A DNA stretch of 57,764 bases from Chara braunii (GCA_003427395.1 BFEA01000028.1:4672045-4729808), one strand, 5' to 3'. Positions 1-13,762 are shown, counted from the first letter of the stretch. Numbers and translations: made by a program. The notes: a model not told the origin generated them from the sequence alone.

Positions 1-60
<60 letters not shown>

Positions 61-91
61 AGCACACACACACACACACACACATACACAC
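1..91. repeat. (CA)n microsatellite
   Basis: Near-perfect CA dinucleotide run with two small interruptions. Confidence 0.98.
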
Positions 92-96
92 TTACA

Positions 97-465
97 ATTT
101 TTTTCTTTTTTTCTTTTTATATATTTATATACATATATAAAAGGGTTGAATTAAAGTCATATTAAATTAAAAAAAATAATATATTAAAATAATTTACAAC
201 GAAAAAAATAAAAATAAAAAATTAAGAGAACATGATAAAATAAATAATTAATTAAATCATGAATTTATAAAATAATAAACATAATAAAATAATCAAATAA
301 GCAATTAACAAATAAATAAATAAATAAGTAAGAAATAAATTAAAAAAATAAGTTATACATAAAAAATAAATAAATAAAATTAAAAAATATATAGAATATA
401 AAATTAAAAATTAAAAAATTAAAAAATAAAATTAATAATAATAATGTTATAAAAATATATGTTTT
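97..465. repeat. AT-rich low-complexity tract
   Basis: Almost exclusively A/T with AAAT and AATA-type units. Confidence 0.9.
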
Positions 466-1974
466 ACAAACACTAGGATTCCTACAAAATAGCATGTCTT
501 TTATATAAAGTGACGACTGCTCTCTGGTTACGAATAATCAACCTTAATAATTTGTAACAACCAATAGCAATATTCTCATAACCCCTATCATCGCCCAGTG
601 TACCTTAATGATAACCCCCAATAAAAACCCGTTACTCCTCTTGGCTAACCAGTATAGCACAGGTAACCTTTATCACAACACCCACCGCATAACACAGTCC
701 GATTATGGGTACGTGCGCCTGTTTACGAAAACAAAAATACACGCACCAAAGCAAATACACCGAAACAAATTGGACACATACTTTCACGAAACACGCTGCT
801 TACCATTACAGAAACGACAAACGGGACGACGTAACGACATGAACGATATACAGAAAACAAATGTCGATCGCTACGAGACAAAACGAAATGCAACGGTGCC
901 TTGTGCCTCCATAGCCGATAATTCCCGCCAACAACAAGAAAAACACACACAGCTGCGCATGATCACGTGCGACAAGGCAAAACAACAAAAGAATGCTAAC
1001 CTGTCCTAAGACTAATTCGCACGTCACAGAAAAAGACCAATCACCGCATGCTGCTGATGCAACACAGACCTTCGCACAGTAGAACACCCTGTCGCAGACA
1101 CGCTTACCATACTGCACATACACGCCCGCTTCTGCAGACATCCCTCTGTATTACAAACCCACCCCTTGCTACTACTGCGGATAACCATCCGAGATACACC
1201 CCTACCTTACACCCCCCAACATACACAGCATCATCACATGTCTGCATGTGCTAAATTCGCTCGCACTCACAGCCCGTCATAACCCCGCTACATTTAGCGC
1301 TAAGCATGGCTCGCCATACTATACAAACACCACCTGCACTAGTATTCTCCCCTTCATTCTATTGCGCATCGATGCATCTGCATGATTGGTCGTGTTGTAC
1401 CTCTATGAAGACTAAGCATACACTACAACACCTTTTGCCACGTAACACTGGTCCCCCAGGGCTCTCTCGCCGAAACAGTCGGTCGAGAATACACTGGGTA
1501 CCAGTGTTCGGCCGAACGTAGTACAACACATCACATGTTGTACGAGCGCCGGGTGTAACATGATCTTCGCTGCTAAGGCTTCAGGACCTACTATGGCGGT
1601 TGTTGACAACTCGGCGATACCGGCAATGACGACACAGGCAAGACTCGCTAACTCCATACCTTCCATACCCCACACTGCCCCTACCTTCCCTTCTCTTTCT
1701 AACAGGAGCAAGCTAATACTAAGTTAACCCCTCTTATGAGCTGCTATGGGTGCTAGGCGACGAAAAGCGTGCTTAAGGGCGTGCACCCCCCCTATGGTTG
1801 GGTCTTCTGACCCTCTCCTAACCCCAACTAACCTACTAACACTAATCCTAACTGCTCCCATCAAATATTTGCCCCCGGTTGTATGAACTCTGTATCGGGC
1901 TAATCTGTTGGGCAGAATGACTGTCTATTGTCCCATATTATTGGGATGGTTGTGTCCTATACACAAACCCCCCC

Positions 1975-2500
1975 ACACACTCGCCCGGATCGTTGATCCT
2001 GATGCCATGGCTGGGGTTGAATCCCCACCTCTTTAGACTATGCCTACATGCCCACCTTAACACCGCCGATAAACAGGTTCATTATCTTAACACTACCACC
2101 ACCCAACCCCCATGCCTACNNNNNNNNNNNNNNNNNNNNNNNNNNNNNNNNNNNNNNNNNNNNNNNNNNNNNNNNNNNNNNNNNNNNNNNNNNNNCCTCC
2201 CACCGCCTGCGCTTTGCATATAATCGGCCATAGCTACTGCATAACGGACTACCACATAAAATATATACGCGTGCTCGCATTTACATATACAGTAAGTGTT
2301 TAGCTCTACCTACAAATATGCCAATTTCCTTGAGGATACACGGACGTACTCTTATTTCGAAGGAGATATGCATATACCTTTATTATGAGAAATACACGCA
2401 CATACTTTTAGTCATTCCATCCGGCATGCTTTTACACTTTCCCTGCGTCCTGAGCCTTGGCATCCTAGCGCACGACTAACCGGTCGTCCACTTCGAGGCC
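1975..2500 (-). repeat. Block A copy 1 of a diverged direct duplication (decayed coding remnant)
   Basis: CCGGATCGTTGATCCTGATGCC...GGGGTTGAATCCCC and the following CCATAGCT...GACTACCAC align by eye with 4515-5050. Interrupted by the N gap at 2120-2195. Confidence 0.75.
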
Positions 2501-3279
2501 CCGTGCATAGGTCGCCCCACCATCAAGATTATTAACACATGTCTGTGCCATCCTCAGACTACGCTTCCTACAAGCACCACCAATAATAAGATGATCTTCC
2601 AGTCGGTACGATTATATTGGACTAATAATGTACGATACATAATTATCCCATGAGTATGTAGCATTACTTCAACAGTATTTTTCAGAGATAATTCCATACG
2701 AAGTCTTCTTCTTCCTTCTTCTTTTTTCGCGAATAAACAACGTAAACTCACTAAAACTCGAATAAAAAATCATACTGCTTCTTCGTCTCTTGATGCCCTA
2801 AACCACTTCCTAGTTCCTTGATTCCCAATTTATAAAGCTTAACCAGATGGCGCCCAACTGTAAGGATGAAACCACACCCGACCGTCACCCCACATCATAT
2901 AACCAACTGATCAATGTAAACAGCGCACCACATATATTTATGAATAGATGAACAAGACTCACTTATATTACACAGACTACCCACCCCGCTAACTAATACA
3001 ATATGTGCTATGTATTTACTATCATGTGGCTAACCCTTGACATAATTATTCATTTCTATTTATATATATATAATTCATCTACACCGATATGACCTGTTTT
3101 TCCATAAAAAGAAAATGCGACAGAAAGCTTCGAAATAGGAATAAAAATAAAAATAATAAAGACTTTCACATCCGTTTCCGCTGCGCTCATGCATGTTGCT
3201 GTGTTAAAATCGTGAAATGATGATTTTTTATCCTTAATGTCGCTTTAAATACTGCAATAGACACTTTCAAATTCGACCT

Positions 3280-4505
3280 CTACTTTTTGCATGCTATGTG
3301 TCATTGACGCTTCAACCTTTGATTCTCCTGTTAATATTATTGATCATCGGTCGAATTGCCTTCCTGTCGGAGCTTGAATTGAAAGAAAATTGTCGTCTCC
3401 GTACCGACGGAATAGTACATCTGCAGTTGCAAATCCGAGGTGTTCCGCGACATTCACATTGGTTCTCTATACCACCCTATCCCTTGCATAGGTCGCTTCA
3501 AACTTCAGATCATTACGATGCTTTAAGTACTAAGGCTATCAGAAATAGCTGTCTATACATCGGTAATGCTCATAGCTCCTTTAATTCAGGTTAAATTGGC
3601 TAATACGATTACGGATGAACGCTCATCCGTAATTTTGAAAAGCCAGACGACGCATGACTACGAAGGCACCACCTCTCGTCAATTAAGTCATGCATTGATT
3701 GACACGAAAATGTTTTTATCTGTGTTTGACATACCCTGTGCAATTAGCATTCTAACCTTTCTGCAATAACGTAGCAATTCCTAAATTGAAGGCAAGCAAT
3801 GCCACCAATAGACTGCGCGGCCTATATGCTTGCGACATAGGCATGAGGCTTTCTGCGACATGCGTACTTCATTAATTTTTTTCCCTGACTAAGGGTTTTT
3901 AGGATTGAATTAGCAAAATATGTTTTCCTCTACACTCGTCTAATGTTCGTTACTCCCTCAATCTTGGTTACTCCAACCCATACGTTAAAAATATAAAAGC
4001 CAGGTAGCATCCCTCGTTGATCAATTTTTGAATATGGCATCTCGTTGGCCATGTTGAGATTGTATCCTCACTCTACAAAGCGATTCCGAACTCTTCTGTG
4101 CCAAAAGATAGTCATACACATTAGATATATAGAAAAGTAAACTATGCATCAGAAAAAGCCTAACATGTCCATCACGTACATAGGATTCGTCACAAAACAA
4201 TTTGTAGGCGCACGGGCGATTTGCTTCATCCGGATTAATAAATCTAGTACCCTCCTTCTATTACAAACAGCTGGACGTAGATGCCATGTAACTCGAAGCC
4301 TCGCCACGATAAACACTTAATAGCTAGACTAGGCGCGCTTTTGGAAAACGACTGATAGCAACATCTGGTTTGATCAGGTTTGTCGTCCTTTTTTCACACA
4401 CGAATGTGTTTACACTAGCATCCCCTTCTATTGAGTTTATCCGGACATTTGCTGCACAAGACAGAAATTATTTCCAACACTTTTGCACACGTATATATCT
4501 TGGCT
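3280..4505 (-). pseudogene. Block B copy 1: decayed ORF of unknown function, probably transposon-associated
   Basis: Minus-strand translation is protein-like with stops and frameshifts (MHDLIDERWCLRSHA...DLQLQMYYSVGTETTIFFQFKL...IACKK*). About 3720-4505 aligns with 5850-6510. Confidence 0.65.
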
Positions 4506-4514
4506 GTGCCTAAT

Positions 4515-5050
4515 TACCCACACACTTGTCCGGATCAGTGATCCTGATGCCGGTGTTGGGGGTTGAATCCCCGCCTCTCTAGGCTATACCTAATTGCTCA
4601 CTATAGCATCACCGATTAATAGGTTCACCAAACTAACACTACCGTTTTCTTGCTCCCACCAATCTTAAGCTTAACCGCCCGCACCCCACCGCCCACCGCC
4701 CACCCCCCTCTTCCAAACTGCTTGCACTTTACTTATATGCTACCATAGCTGCCACACTATAGACTACCACGAGGAATCTATACACGCACACATTCAAAAG
4801 CATAGAAAATGCCTAAATACGCCCACCTATACGTCGATTGCTCCTTTTACCATGAAAATATACGAACATACTCATAACCCCCTCCTCTTACAAGGTTTCA
4901 CGCTAATCCCACATCCATGTCATATTCGTAGAACGTATAAAACCTCTCATACGCTTCCCGACCCCGTTCGGAGCACATCCCACGCCTTATATTGTAAAAC
5001 ACATATCCTCAACATCGTCAGACCTCGACTTACACATGCTTTTCCAAGAT
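4515..5050 (-). repeat. Block A copy 2
   Basis: CCGGATCAGTGATCCTGATGCC...GGGGTTGAATCCCC matches 1985-2030 and similarity continues for about 500 bp. Confidence 0.75.
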
Positions 5051-5849
5051 AAACCTCCTAGACTTTGCGGTAATAATCTATACTGTGACATATGACTGGC
5101 TTCGTGATTATGCAACGAAAATCTAATTTGTAAAACGGCATAACAGTTATTCGCCTATTGATACTCTAATCCGCTACCTAGTTTATTAAAGTTTAACAAC
5201 ATGCGACTGTCAAATCACGCTATGCAATCAACTTTATATTATACACAACGCATCATATACATCTACAAACAAACCAACAAAAATAACTGTACGCAGGACA
5301 CCCACCCGAATACCAATACCGAAGACACTGTCTACGCACTAATACGTAACTAATTACTAACTCAAATATATACATAAAATCCTTCCGAAGCAATATATGC
5401 TAGCTTTTCATAATGATATATATGATATATATATATATATATATACAATAATGTAACAGCACATGTCGAAGCAAAAAATAAAAATTAAAAGTTTTTCTCG
5501 TCGATTCTCCCCGCAATTATGAAAGATTGGTTTGTAATGATTCTGTTTATCGAAAAATGTTTCGTACTTCAAACTCTTCTGTTTTTCCATGCCTTCGTAT
5601 CTTTTCGCCTGCTAGAATGAATCATAGATTGAATTCTTGTCCTGTCAGAATTTAGACCGTGTAACCCCATGACACACCCGAACCCTTGGACCAGGACACC
5701 CACAGATACAGATCTGAGGCCTCATGTGTGGTCTGATACTATCTGTCACCAACCTCCCCCCACTGGTCACCTCGATTTGGTTTTAAATTAGTTAACATGT
5801 TCATGGATGAAGTTACGTAATGCTTCGAAAACGTTTTTGCAATATACAC

Positions 5850-6875
5850 CTCATTTTTCGAAATCTATGCTTGAATCACCCTGTGAAATTGGCATTTCAA
5901 CCCTTCTTCAATTATGTAGCGAGTCCTAAATTGAAGTCAATCAATGCCACCAATTGGCTGCGCGGCCAACACATGTATGAAGCTTTTTGTGGCATGCGTA
6001 GTAATAATGTTCCCGCTACACCCGTCTAACACTCGTTATTCCTGCAATCTTCATTAATCTGACTCATACGGTTTAAAAAAAAATTAAAAAAGCCAGATAA
6101 CATCCCTCGTCAATCAATTCGTGAACATGGCATCTCGAACGCCATGTTGAGATAGTATCCTCTCTCTACGAAACAATTCCGAACCTTGATGAGCCAAAGA
6201 TAATCACATACATTATATATACATAAAAATGAACTATGCATCAGGAAACGTTTAATACATAAGTGCGTCATGAAACATTTTATGTGCACGAGCGCTTCGC
6301 TTCATCCGAATTAATTAATCGAGTACCATCCTGCTATTGCAAACAAATGAACTTGGATGCCATGAAACTCGAAGCCTCGCCACGATAAACACTTAATAGC
6401 AAGACTTGGTGCCTTTCTGGCAAACGACTGATAGCAATATCTGGATTGGTCAGGATTGATCCAACTTATACATAACCTAAATGTTTTCCGACACTATTGC
6501 ACACGTATATATCTTTTGTTAAATTTTTCGTAATCTTGCAATTACATTTCTTGCACTTCTTCCTAACATTCTGTACACAGGAGCAAAACTCTTCTTGCAC
6601 TAGGTAATTAACTCATTATCTGTCCTCCTTCCAAAGGTACGATAATCAATTGAAAAATTGCCCATACACCACTTAATGGCGTAAATATCACATTATGATT
6701 GCACTCAGCCGGTACCTCACATTAATACACCCGCATAAGCACATGTTAGGCCACTGCTTCAAACACGGATATTTAACGATATCCTCGTCTATTATCCCTG
6801 ATAATTACATAATATGAGAATACTTCCTTTTTCGCCGATACAAAGTCCCTTCAATACCTGCATATAAAATCACGA
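5850..6875 (-). pseudogene. Block B copy 2: decayed Cys-rich ORF of unknown function
   Basis: Shares AACTCGAAGCCTCGCCACGATAAACACTTAATAGC and CATCCCTCGT with copy 1. The upstream part reads GEKGSILILCN...CLCGCINVRY...QEEFCSCVQNVRKKCKKC with several stops. Confidence 0.65.
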
Positions 6876-7249
6876 TTTCCTCCGATAATACGTTCAGCAA
6901 AGCGTATACATAGTTGCCAACATAGAAAAACGATAATTATCATTATACCAACTTGCATGGATAAACAACCAAATGAACAAACCACCCTCTTTGTCTCCTA
7001 ATATACGGATTTAAGTTACGCACCATACTTAATCTCTTATTCGATAATAGTTCTTCAGGCATCTGGCAATAGGGTATGATTTCTCTCTTGGCAAAGGGCT
7101 TGTTATAAAAGTCAAAATTAAAAAATAAAAAATAAAAAATAAAAATATTAAAAAATAGCTAAATAATGCACTTGCCACTCATCAGAGGTATGAGAAAGGT
7201 ACACATGGAATTAACACAAAGAACTATAAAACCTATACCTATAGAATAC

Positions 7250-7520
7250 AACATCGTACACACAGGAATAGGTAATTACATACGCTCGCCACCAACGATA
7301 CAAACCATGTGGCTTTCTTAATTATAGTACTACGATAGCTAAACAATCCAAGTACAACATCGCCTCATTATAACATGACAAGGGTAACGTACATAGGAGT
7401 CCGTATAATGCTTTTGCAAAATATTGCTTAAACCAGTTGGGCCGCCACTTATCAACGAAGTAAAAGACTCAGATCAATTTCTCCACCAAGATGGTAGTTA
7501 GCCAGCAACCTAAATCGGGG
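7250..7520 (-). pseudogene. Possible highly decayed GIY-YIG endonuclease remnant of a Penelope-like element
   Basis: Frameshifted minus-strand peptides LLANYHLGGEIDLSLLL, IFCK/KHYTDSYVR and GLYRWWRAY have an order reminiscent of algal PLE GIY-YIG domains. The core motifs are mutated and recognition is from memory only. Confidence 0.35.
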
Positions 7521-7889
7521 CTCTACCCTTTCTTCGTTAAACAACGTAATATCTTTTTGTGCCGGCAACACAATGTCTTCTCCTCATTACAAACTATCCC
7601 ATGACGTAAATTTCACACACCATAGTCGGCCCTGACGTATAGCACAAAAACCTATCACCCACCAATGCCTCTACTAACTAAACATACCCCGTTGCATGCA
7701 ATTCACGCACTATTTCCGAACAATAGCCCGATAAGCTCTCTGAACTCCACGCCCCGAAAATACATCATGGAACTCAGACTATGATGACCGTCTGTCCCTT
7801 AGGTTAACAGACTGTCTCCCCTAAACAGGTCTTCCTTCACCATGTGGCATGGCACAAATACGTACACAGCTCGTCGAACATGTAGCCCC

Positions 7890-8375
7890 CTACCACTCAT
7901 AGGTATCCGCTATGCGCAAAACCCCGGCCATAGACCTACGGGCGGCCAATGGTGGCTCTGATATCGCCTCCCACTCGACAAAGTCAATTTGATTATCTGC
8001 ATGCTCCTGTAGCAAATCACTCGTTAACAGCTCCACCATCCCCGCCACCACATCCACACCACCATCAGGTAGTTCATTCGGAATATTTGGTGATGTCTTC
8101 GTTACGAAAACCGTCACCTCGCAAAGCAACCCATCCCAATAGCCCAGACCCACACACAATCTCAAGACCAAGCGTCCATCTGCGGTGACACGGTAATGTC
8201 GCACGGAGGTACTTGCCACCCGCAGACTATACCTAAAATCCCTATCGCCACCATCACCCCGACGATGACGCAGTTCCTGAATCTCAACCGTCTTTCCGTA
8301 AACCTCCCCCACGCACGTAGTAAAGACATCCATAGCTTGATCGAGGAACACGACACTGACAATGAAAAATTCCAA
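7890..8375 (-). CDS. 161-aa hypothetical protein, likely accessory ORF of a repeat element
   Basis: Uninterrupted ATG-to-stop ORF with globular composition (GDGGDRDFRYSLRV, LRLCVGLGYWDG). Co-oriented with the decayed ORFs downstream. Confidence 0.6.
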   Translation of the reverse strand: MEFFIVSVVFLDQAMDVFTTCVGEVYGKTVEIQELRHRRGDGGDRDFRYSLRVASTSVRHYRVTADGRLVLRLCVGLGYWDGLLCEVTVFVTKTSPNIPNELPDGGVDVVAGMVELLTSDLLQEHADNQIDFVEWEAISEPPLAARRSMAGVLRIADTYEW

Positions 8376-8999
8376 GTTCTTGCCCTGGTCGTACGATGCG
8401 TACTTCCGATTCCGTTTTGCCGATCACGCACAGATCGCGGTGAAAAAACCCTCTTAATGATATGTGTTTCCACGCAATCGATAGCAACCAGATCCTTTCC
8501 TTCTTCCCCCCTGTTCACTACATCAAAAGTACGAATGACTGGCTGCACGTAGCTGATCAACAACGCTCACCCGAGCTTCGCCAAGATCCTTGTTACACAC
8601 GGCAAGAACACTAAGTCGCTAACAGTGTCGTACAAGTACTGTACCCTACTGCACACATATGTGCACATAAAACACTGAACAGAAACACTAACTTTGCAAC
8701 ACAGATCAGCCTTTTTATATCTACACTCCCACTGCACTTACCCTCCATCTCCACACTTGAACCCCCACAAATAACCCTATAATAATTAATAAAGTAAAAA
8801 CAAAAAATGGAACCCTGGCTAACCCCCATAAACACACAATAAAAACAATGAGGAGATAAGACCTATACGCGTAACTAGAGATGGCTAACCTACGACACTG
8901 GATACCCATACCGAAACAGCTCTACCCTTGCAATATATGCATAAACATCCTTCCGATTATTATCCATACAGCTAGTAGTACATAGATATATGCCTTATT

Positions 9000-9340
9000 A
9001 ATTAGAAAACGTTTTATGATTGTTTTGTAATCAAATAATAAAGATAGGTTTAAATAAAATTAAAAATATAATTAAAATAAAATTTAAAAGCAAAAATTAA
9101 AATTAAAATTAATAAAATTATTATAAATAACAAATAAAAGGATAATACTTAAATTAATAACAAAGGAATAAATTTTTATTAAAATATAAAATAAATAAGT
9201 TATTAATTATTTTTTTTAAAAAAAGGAAATTTTAAATACAAATAATAAGTTATTATTATTAGTATTATTCTTATTATTATTTTTTAAGAAATTTAAGATA
9301 ACACATTAGAAATAAAGTTATTATTCTTCAGTAAAATAGC
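9000..9340. repeat. AT-rich low-complexity tract
   Basis: Extremely A/T-rich spacer between the divergent minus- and plus-strand ORF clusters. Confidence 0.85.
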
Positions 9341-9833
9341 ATGTATACGATAAAATACAGTTAATAATACATGGTGACCTTGCTTAACCCCCTGACTTCT
9401 AGAAAGCACCCCATGAACGAATATAACTCTCATTTTTTTAGAAAACAGACTATGCCATGGCACACAACACATACAGCCCTGCCCTAATTGCCTCCACGCT
9501 TCCAACACTCCACTAAGTCAGTAGGTCTGCCTCCTCCGCAACATGCAGCCTACCCTTATTAACGTCCGATACCAGACCGGCCACTTAGCACAGGCTAATA
9601 TTAATGTGTCCAATCCTGCCTGACCTAAGTATACTCTGCGCAAATAAACACGCTCGCTCCACTTGCCGCATCTGTAGCAGTCCCTAATGCTAGGTACCCA
9701 ACCCCATTACCTTGCTCAGACCCTAAACCAATTTAGCAATCAAAGTTGCATGTATGACTCCCTTGCTGCATGTGCAAGCCGATGAATGCAGCTACATGCA
9801 ACTAACTGTTAGTACATAACCATACATGTGCAG

Positions 9834-12766
9834 GATGAAGACAACATCCTCATGGGATGGCACCCGAAGCTTGCTGCAGCCATCAGGCCATTCTCTGCAC
9901 TACGGCCGCCTATAGTGCATTGCCAGATCGCCATGCTTGGGATCCCTGCAGACGTTCTACTGCAAGTTTATGAAGCAACGCTGGGACAACCTCCATTCCT
10001 GATCGAGAACCTCTCCTTCAGCGATTGGGCTTCGCTTGTCCACGTCATGCAAAGCAAACCGCAGGAGCTAGACGCCAAAATTCAAGACTTTTCTAGCGAT
10101 ATTGCTGATTCTTGAAGAAAGGCTGCAATCGAGAATAGAGAGCTTAGCCTCATTGTAGCTAAGGCCGAGAAGATCATCCTCGATCTTCACGGATATGACT
10201 CTTCACATCTCGATTCCGCAGGACAGGTCTCCATCTCAGAAAGGGCAGAAACCTTCAGCGAAACTTACATCAATCGTATGTCACTCTCGCAAGTAGAGCT
10301 GGAATACTTCAGGAAGAAGGAGGCCGAGCGAATGAGCTATGCACACACTGAACTTACGCCGCTCACGAGAGACGTCGGACACAAGTTCGCTAAGAACAAC
10401 CCCTTCTTACCACTCGCATCTGGCTCCTGGACAGAGAAGGCTGTACAGCGTGTCCATAACCAACTATGGAAGCTTGACACCTTCAACTACACAGCGCCTA
10501 TCAGTGTGGAGGCATGGCGCTCGCAGTGATCACTGATGCAGAGATAGAAAACTGTCGCAGTGCTGCTAGGAATGGTACTATCTACTTCCTAGCCAACAGA
10601 GGAGGTCTGGATGCAGAATTTCCACCAATTGCGGGGCTCGAGAAGGGCAGATGTGAAAACAGACCTCTCCTTCATCAAAAGGGCATCCCGAAGTTCCCTG
10701 CAGACCTCTCCGAACTCAAGAAGCCTTGGAACGCAGGCAGACCATATTTGAAGTGCACTTGCCCCGGATGCGAGAAGAGCTTCACATGGTTCGACCATAT
10801 GATATGGTATATCATTGGCAACCTAGACAGGATCGACCCCTTTGCTCCAACAGACAAGATCAGGATGCTTGAGTTCCAAGCACTCCTGCGCACGACATGG
10901 AGAAAGGCGATTCTTGCGCAGATCTCCGTCATATTCATGAGAGAATACATGATCAAGATCGTGAACCTCCTCACACAGAATAGAAGGATATCTGCAGAAG
11001 AAATACTGGAATACGAGGACTTCAGATGCGTACCGTTCGTGCACAAGTTCACCGCTGCATTGTTGCCCGACGCCGAAGGATTACTAGCACAGACAGCAAA
11101 CGCACGGCGAAATGTGGAAGTCGAAGATAATTCACTGAGAAGATGCAGACAAATGAGGCTTGGCAGTACACTCGCCACAAATGCGTCACTCACCACACCT
11201 TTCCAGACGTCTGCCTGCACGCCAGTACTACGGACACACACCGGCACCACACCAATTGCTCCATCAAGTAACACACCAGGCAGCACACCTGCAACCTGCA
11301 GCACACCATACCTAGCAAACCACACAAGAATGTCGTCTGCAACTAACACGCCTTCAACTACTGCGCACGCTACCCCGCTGCACACCGATAGCGCACGCAC
11401 AGGTCCTTCCAGCAGTACACCCGGCAATACACCTGCAACCTGCAACACACCCTGCCTGGCCAACCACACAAGAACGCCATCTGCAACTCACATGCCTGCA
11501 ACCGCTGCACACGCTACTCCACTGCACTCATGCAGCCCGGCACCTCTGCACAACATAGCTGCTAACATACCGGATTGTAACACTGCAATCCCTGGCGCTA
11601 ACCCGGGTGCAAGTTCAACCCCAGTCAGGGCGTATGACACCAGAAACCGCATAATTTCCAATACTAACTGCAACTCCGTAACTGCACCACAAAGACACGT
11701 CCCTGCTGCCATCACTGCTGCTCCAAATATGCCTACGACAGTAAGCTTCGCTCAAGTACAGGCATCTGCTAATGCCCTTGCAAACGCTGCTGCACAGCTT
11801 GCCACACGACAAGTAAGCGCAACCCCTGCTGGCAACACTGCAATCCCAAACGCAACCGCCACCGCACTACCAGCAACAAGGCAAACCAACACACAGGGTA
11901 CCAGCCATACACTGCACATGAACGATTCAAATGCAGCACACACTGCACACATTGGAGTAAGCACTCAACCAGGGTTCACCACTTCACTCCCATCGCACCT
12001 GACCGCTTATATGAACAGCCATAGCAACACGGCATGCACGGACAGCGAAAGACAGGCGCGCAGACGAGAACTACTTCTGAGTATTGCAATGAATCCCCTC
12101 CCTGCAAAAGTTAAAAGAAATCGCAGAAGAGGTAATAAACGCAGAGAATCCCAATGGCACAAGGAGCAGACGCAAGCAAAAAGCAGACTAGGAGAAAGAA
12201 GGTGCAGTATGACGCAAGACAGCCAGACATCCATGAGGCCTTCATGACGCAGCAGCAACGACAACTGATGTTTGCAGTTCACCTCCAGCCACATGCTCAA
12301 GTTGGATCAGGAATAGTCACGCATCAGGCACAGACAAGTTCTCCGGCTCTCAAAAGAACTGACCAAGAATGGTGACCAAGAATGGTCACCGCGCGCAGAC
12401 ATGGTCCTGGCACAATGGACGCTGAGGGATAAAGTTGCGGCATTGACTTCCTCGGAACAGCGAAATGGAGCAGATCATGAAGTAATCCAGGTCAGCAGCT
12501 GTGACATCGATGACGGAGAGAGAAGGCAACTCCCCATCACAATCAGCTCGCCATCCCCGGACACCCCGATTAGACCAATCTCTGCGATTGACGCTCTGCA
12601 AACAAATTACGGAGCTAGCAGTGCGGATTCCTCCCTGCTCCGAACAAGCAGCGGAAGCTCGCCACAGATGGACGGGTCGCAAGCTTCGGACAATTCCTGG
12701 AAACGTGTTTGCCGCAGGCTTAGCCCGGATTCCCCGGGCAATTTTCCTAGCATTACTAGAAGTTAG
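9834..12766 (+). pseudogene. Large disrupted ORF of unknown function upstream of the Penelope-like RT
   Basis: ACTAAC branch-like site at 9801 and TGCAG acceptor ending at 9833. One frame runs 9828-10529 with a single TGA at 10113, then shifts into the 577-aa ORF (CTCPGC...DH motif, long Ala/Thr/Pro-rich tail). Further frameshifted pieces extend to 12766. Confidence 0.65.
11265..11530 (+). repeat. In-frame internal duplication (about 48 aa period)
   Basis: TPGSTPATCSTPYLANHTR...AHATPLH recurs as TPGNTPATCNTPCLANHTR...AHATPLH. Confidence 0.9.
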
Positions 12767-13762
12767 CTTGAATGGATTCGGTAGCAAAACCCATGACAGA
12801 GTCTGTTCCGGTAGACCACAGGTTTTTTATCTATGAATAATTAAATTCTAGCCTACCGATCGAATAATTGGCTTAAAACAGATAATGTTGGTTTAGGCTG
12901 GTTCCATATATGGTAATACACATTGACTAATATTCCAATTGTTTTTTATGCTCCTGGCCAATACACGTATAATGCATGTCTAGGGCAGTGTTCTTCAGAC
13001 AGATGTATGCTGAGCATTACTATTATTTTGTCCAATAAATCAAACCGACTAAGTTTGCTGAAATAACTCCATGAGAGATTTGTCAGAAACCCCCGGTCTC
13101 TTCTCTGGACTGGATTTGAAATAGCATGTTGATTTTTTGTTACTTCCTGCATAACGACCTTTCCTTTCTTTCACTACACAAGCAACTGTTTAGCTAACCA
13201 GACATGCCCTAATCACGCAATTACAAACACTCACCGCAACACCTCAGAAGGCCGCTATCTTAATAGCACTGACAATCTATAAAGATATAATCGCCCTGTA
13301 CACACGGTAAGCAAAATAAAACAGTGAAACATATAATCCTTGCTAAAAGATGATTTGCATGGGTGGTACGAACATGAAAAGATAACCTCATACACCCATG
13401 AACTATACTCCGTACCGTATAACAACCAACACTGTCTTTTTACCTGCAAAAAATATTTCCATGTATTTCCTGTCCCCCAAAAAAAGGACTAAATAAGATA
13501 TAATACATATCTACTGCATAATCCGAAATCTATAGCCATATTAAATATGGAAAAGTTTCCTCAGTAAACTGCAGCCCTGTTAATCCTCCCGATGTAGGTA
13601 CCGAAGTCCCTGCCTAAGACTCACATGAATGACTATACTCAACCTGTCTTACACCCTGTGATAGGGTAGACTCAGTCGTACCCCCACCTTTCACATCTGT
13701 TAAAAATAATAAAGAAAGACCAGCAAAATTAGCCTCTTTTCACCCTAGAATGACTTGCTCAA

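Noticed and set aside
608-1711. Short ORFs at the window start as genes
   Set aside because: No recognisable motifs and composition is consistent with chance ORFs.
2011-2030. tRNA T-arm/B-box-like GGGGTTGAATCCCC (also near 4560)
   Set aside because: It lacks the C of TTCGA, there is no cloverleaf or A box, and it lies in a decayed coding-like duplicate.
10113-10115. In-frame TGA as selenocysteine or programmed readthrough
   Set aside because: The same ORF also has frameshifts. TGG-to-TGA or CGA-to-TGA decay is simpler, and no SECIS element was identified.
10589-12300. Long minus-strand ORFs opposite the 577-aa ORF
   Set aside because: Antisense shadows of biased, low-complexity coding sequence.
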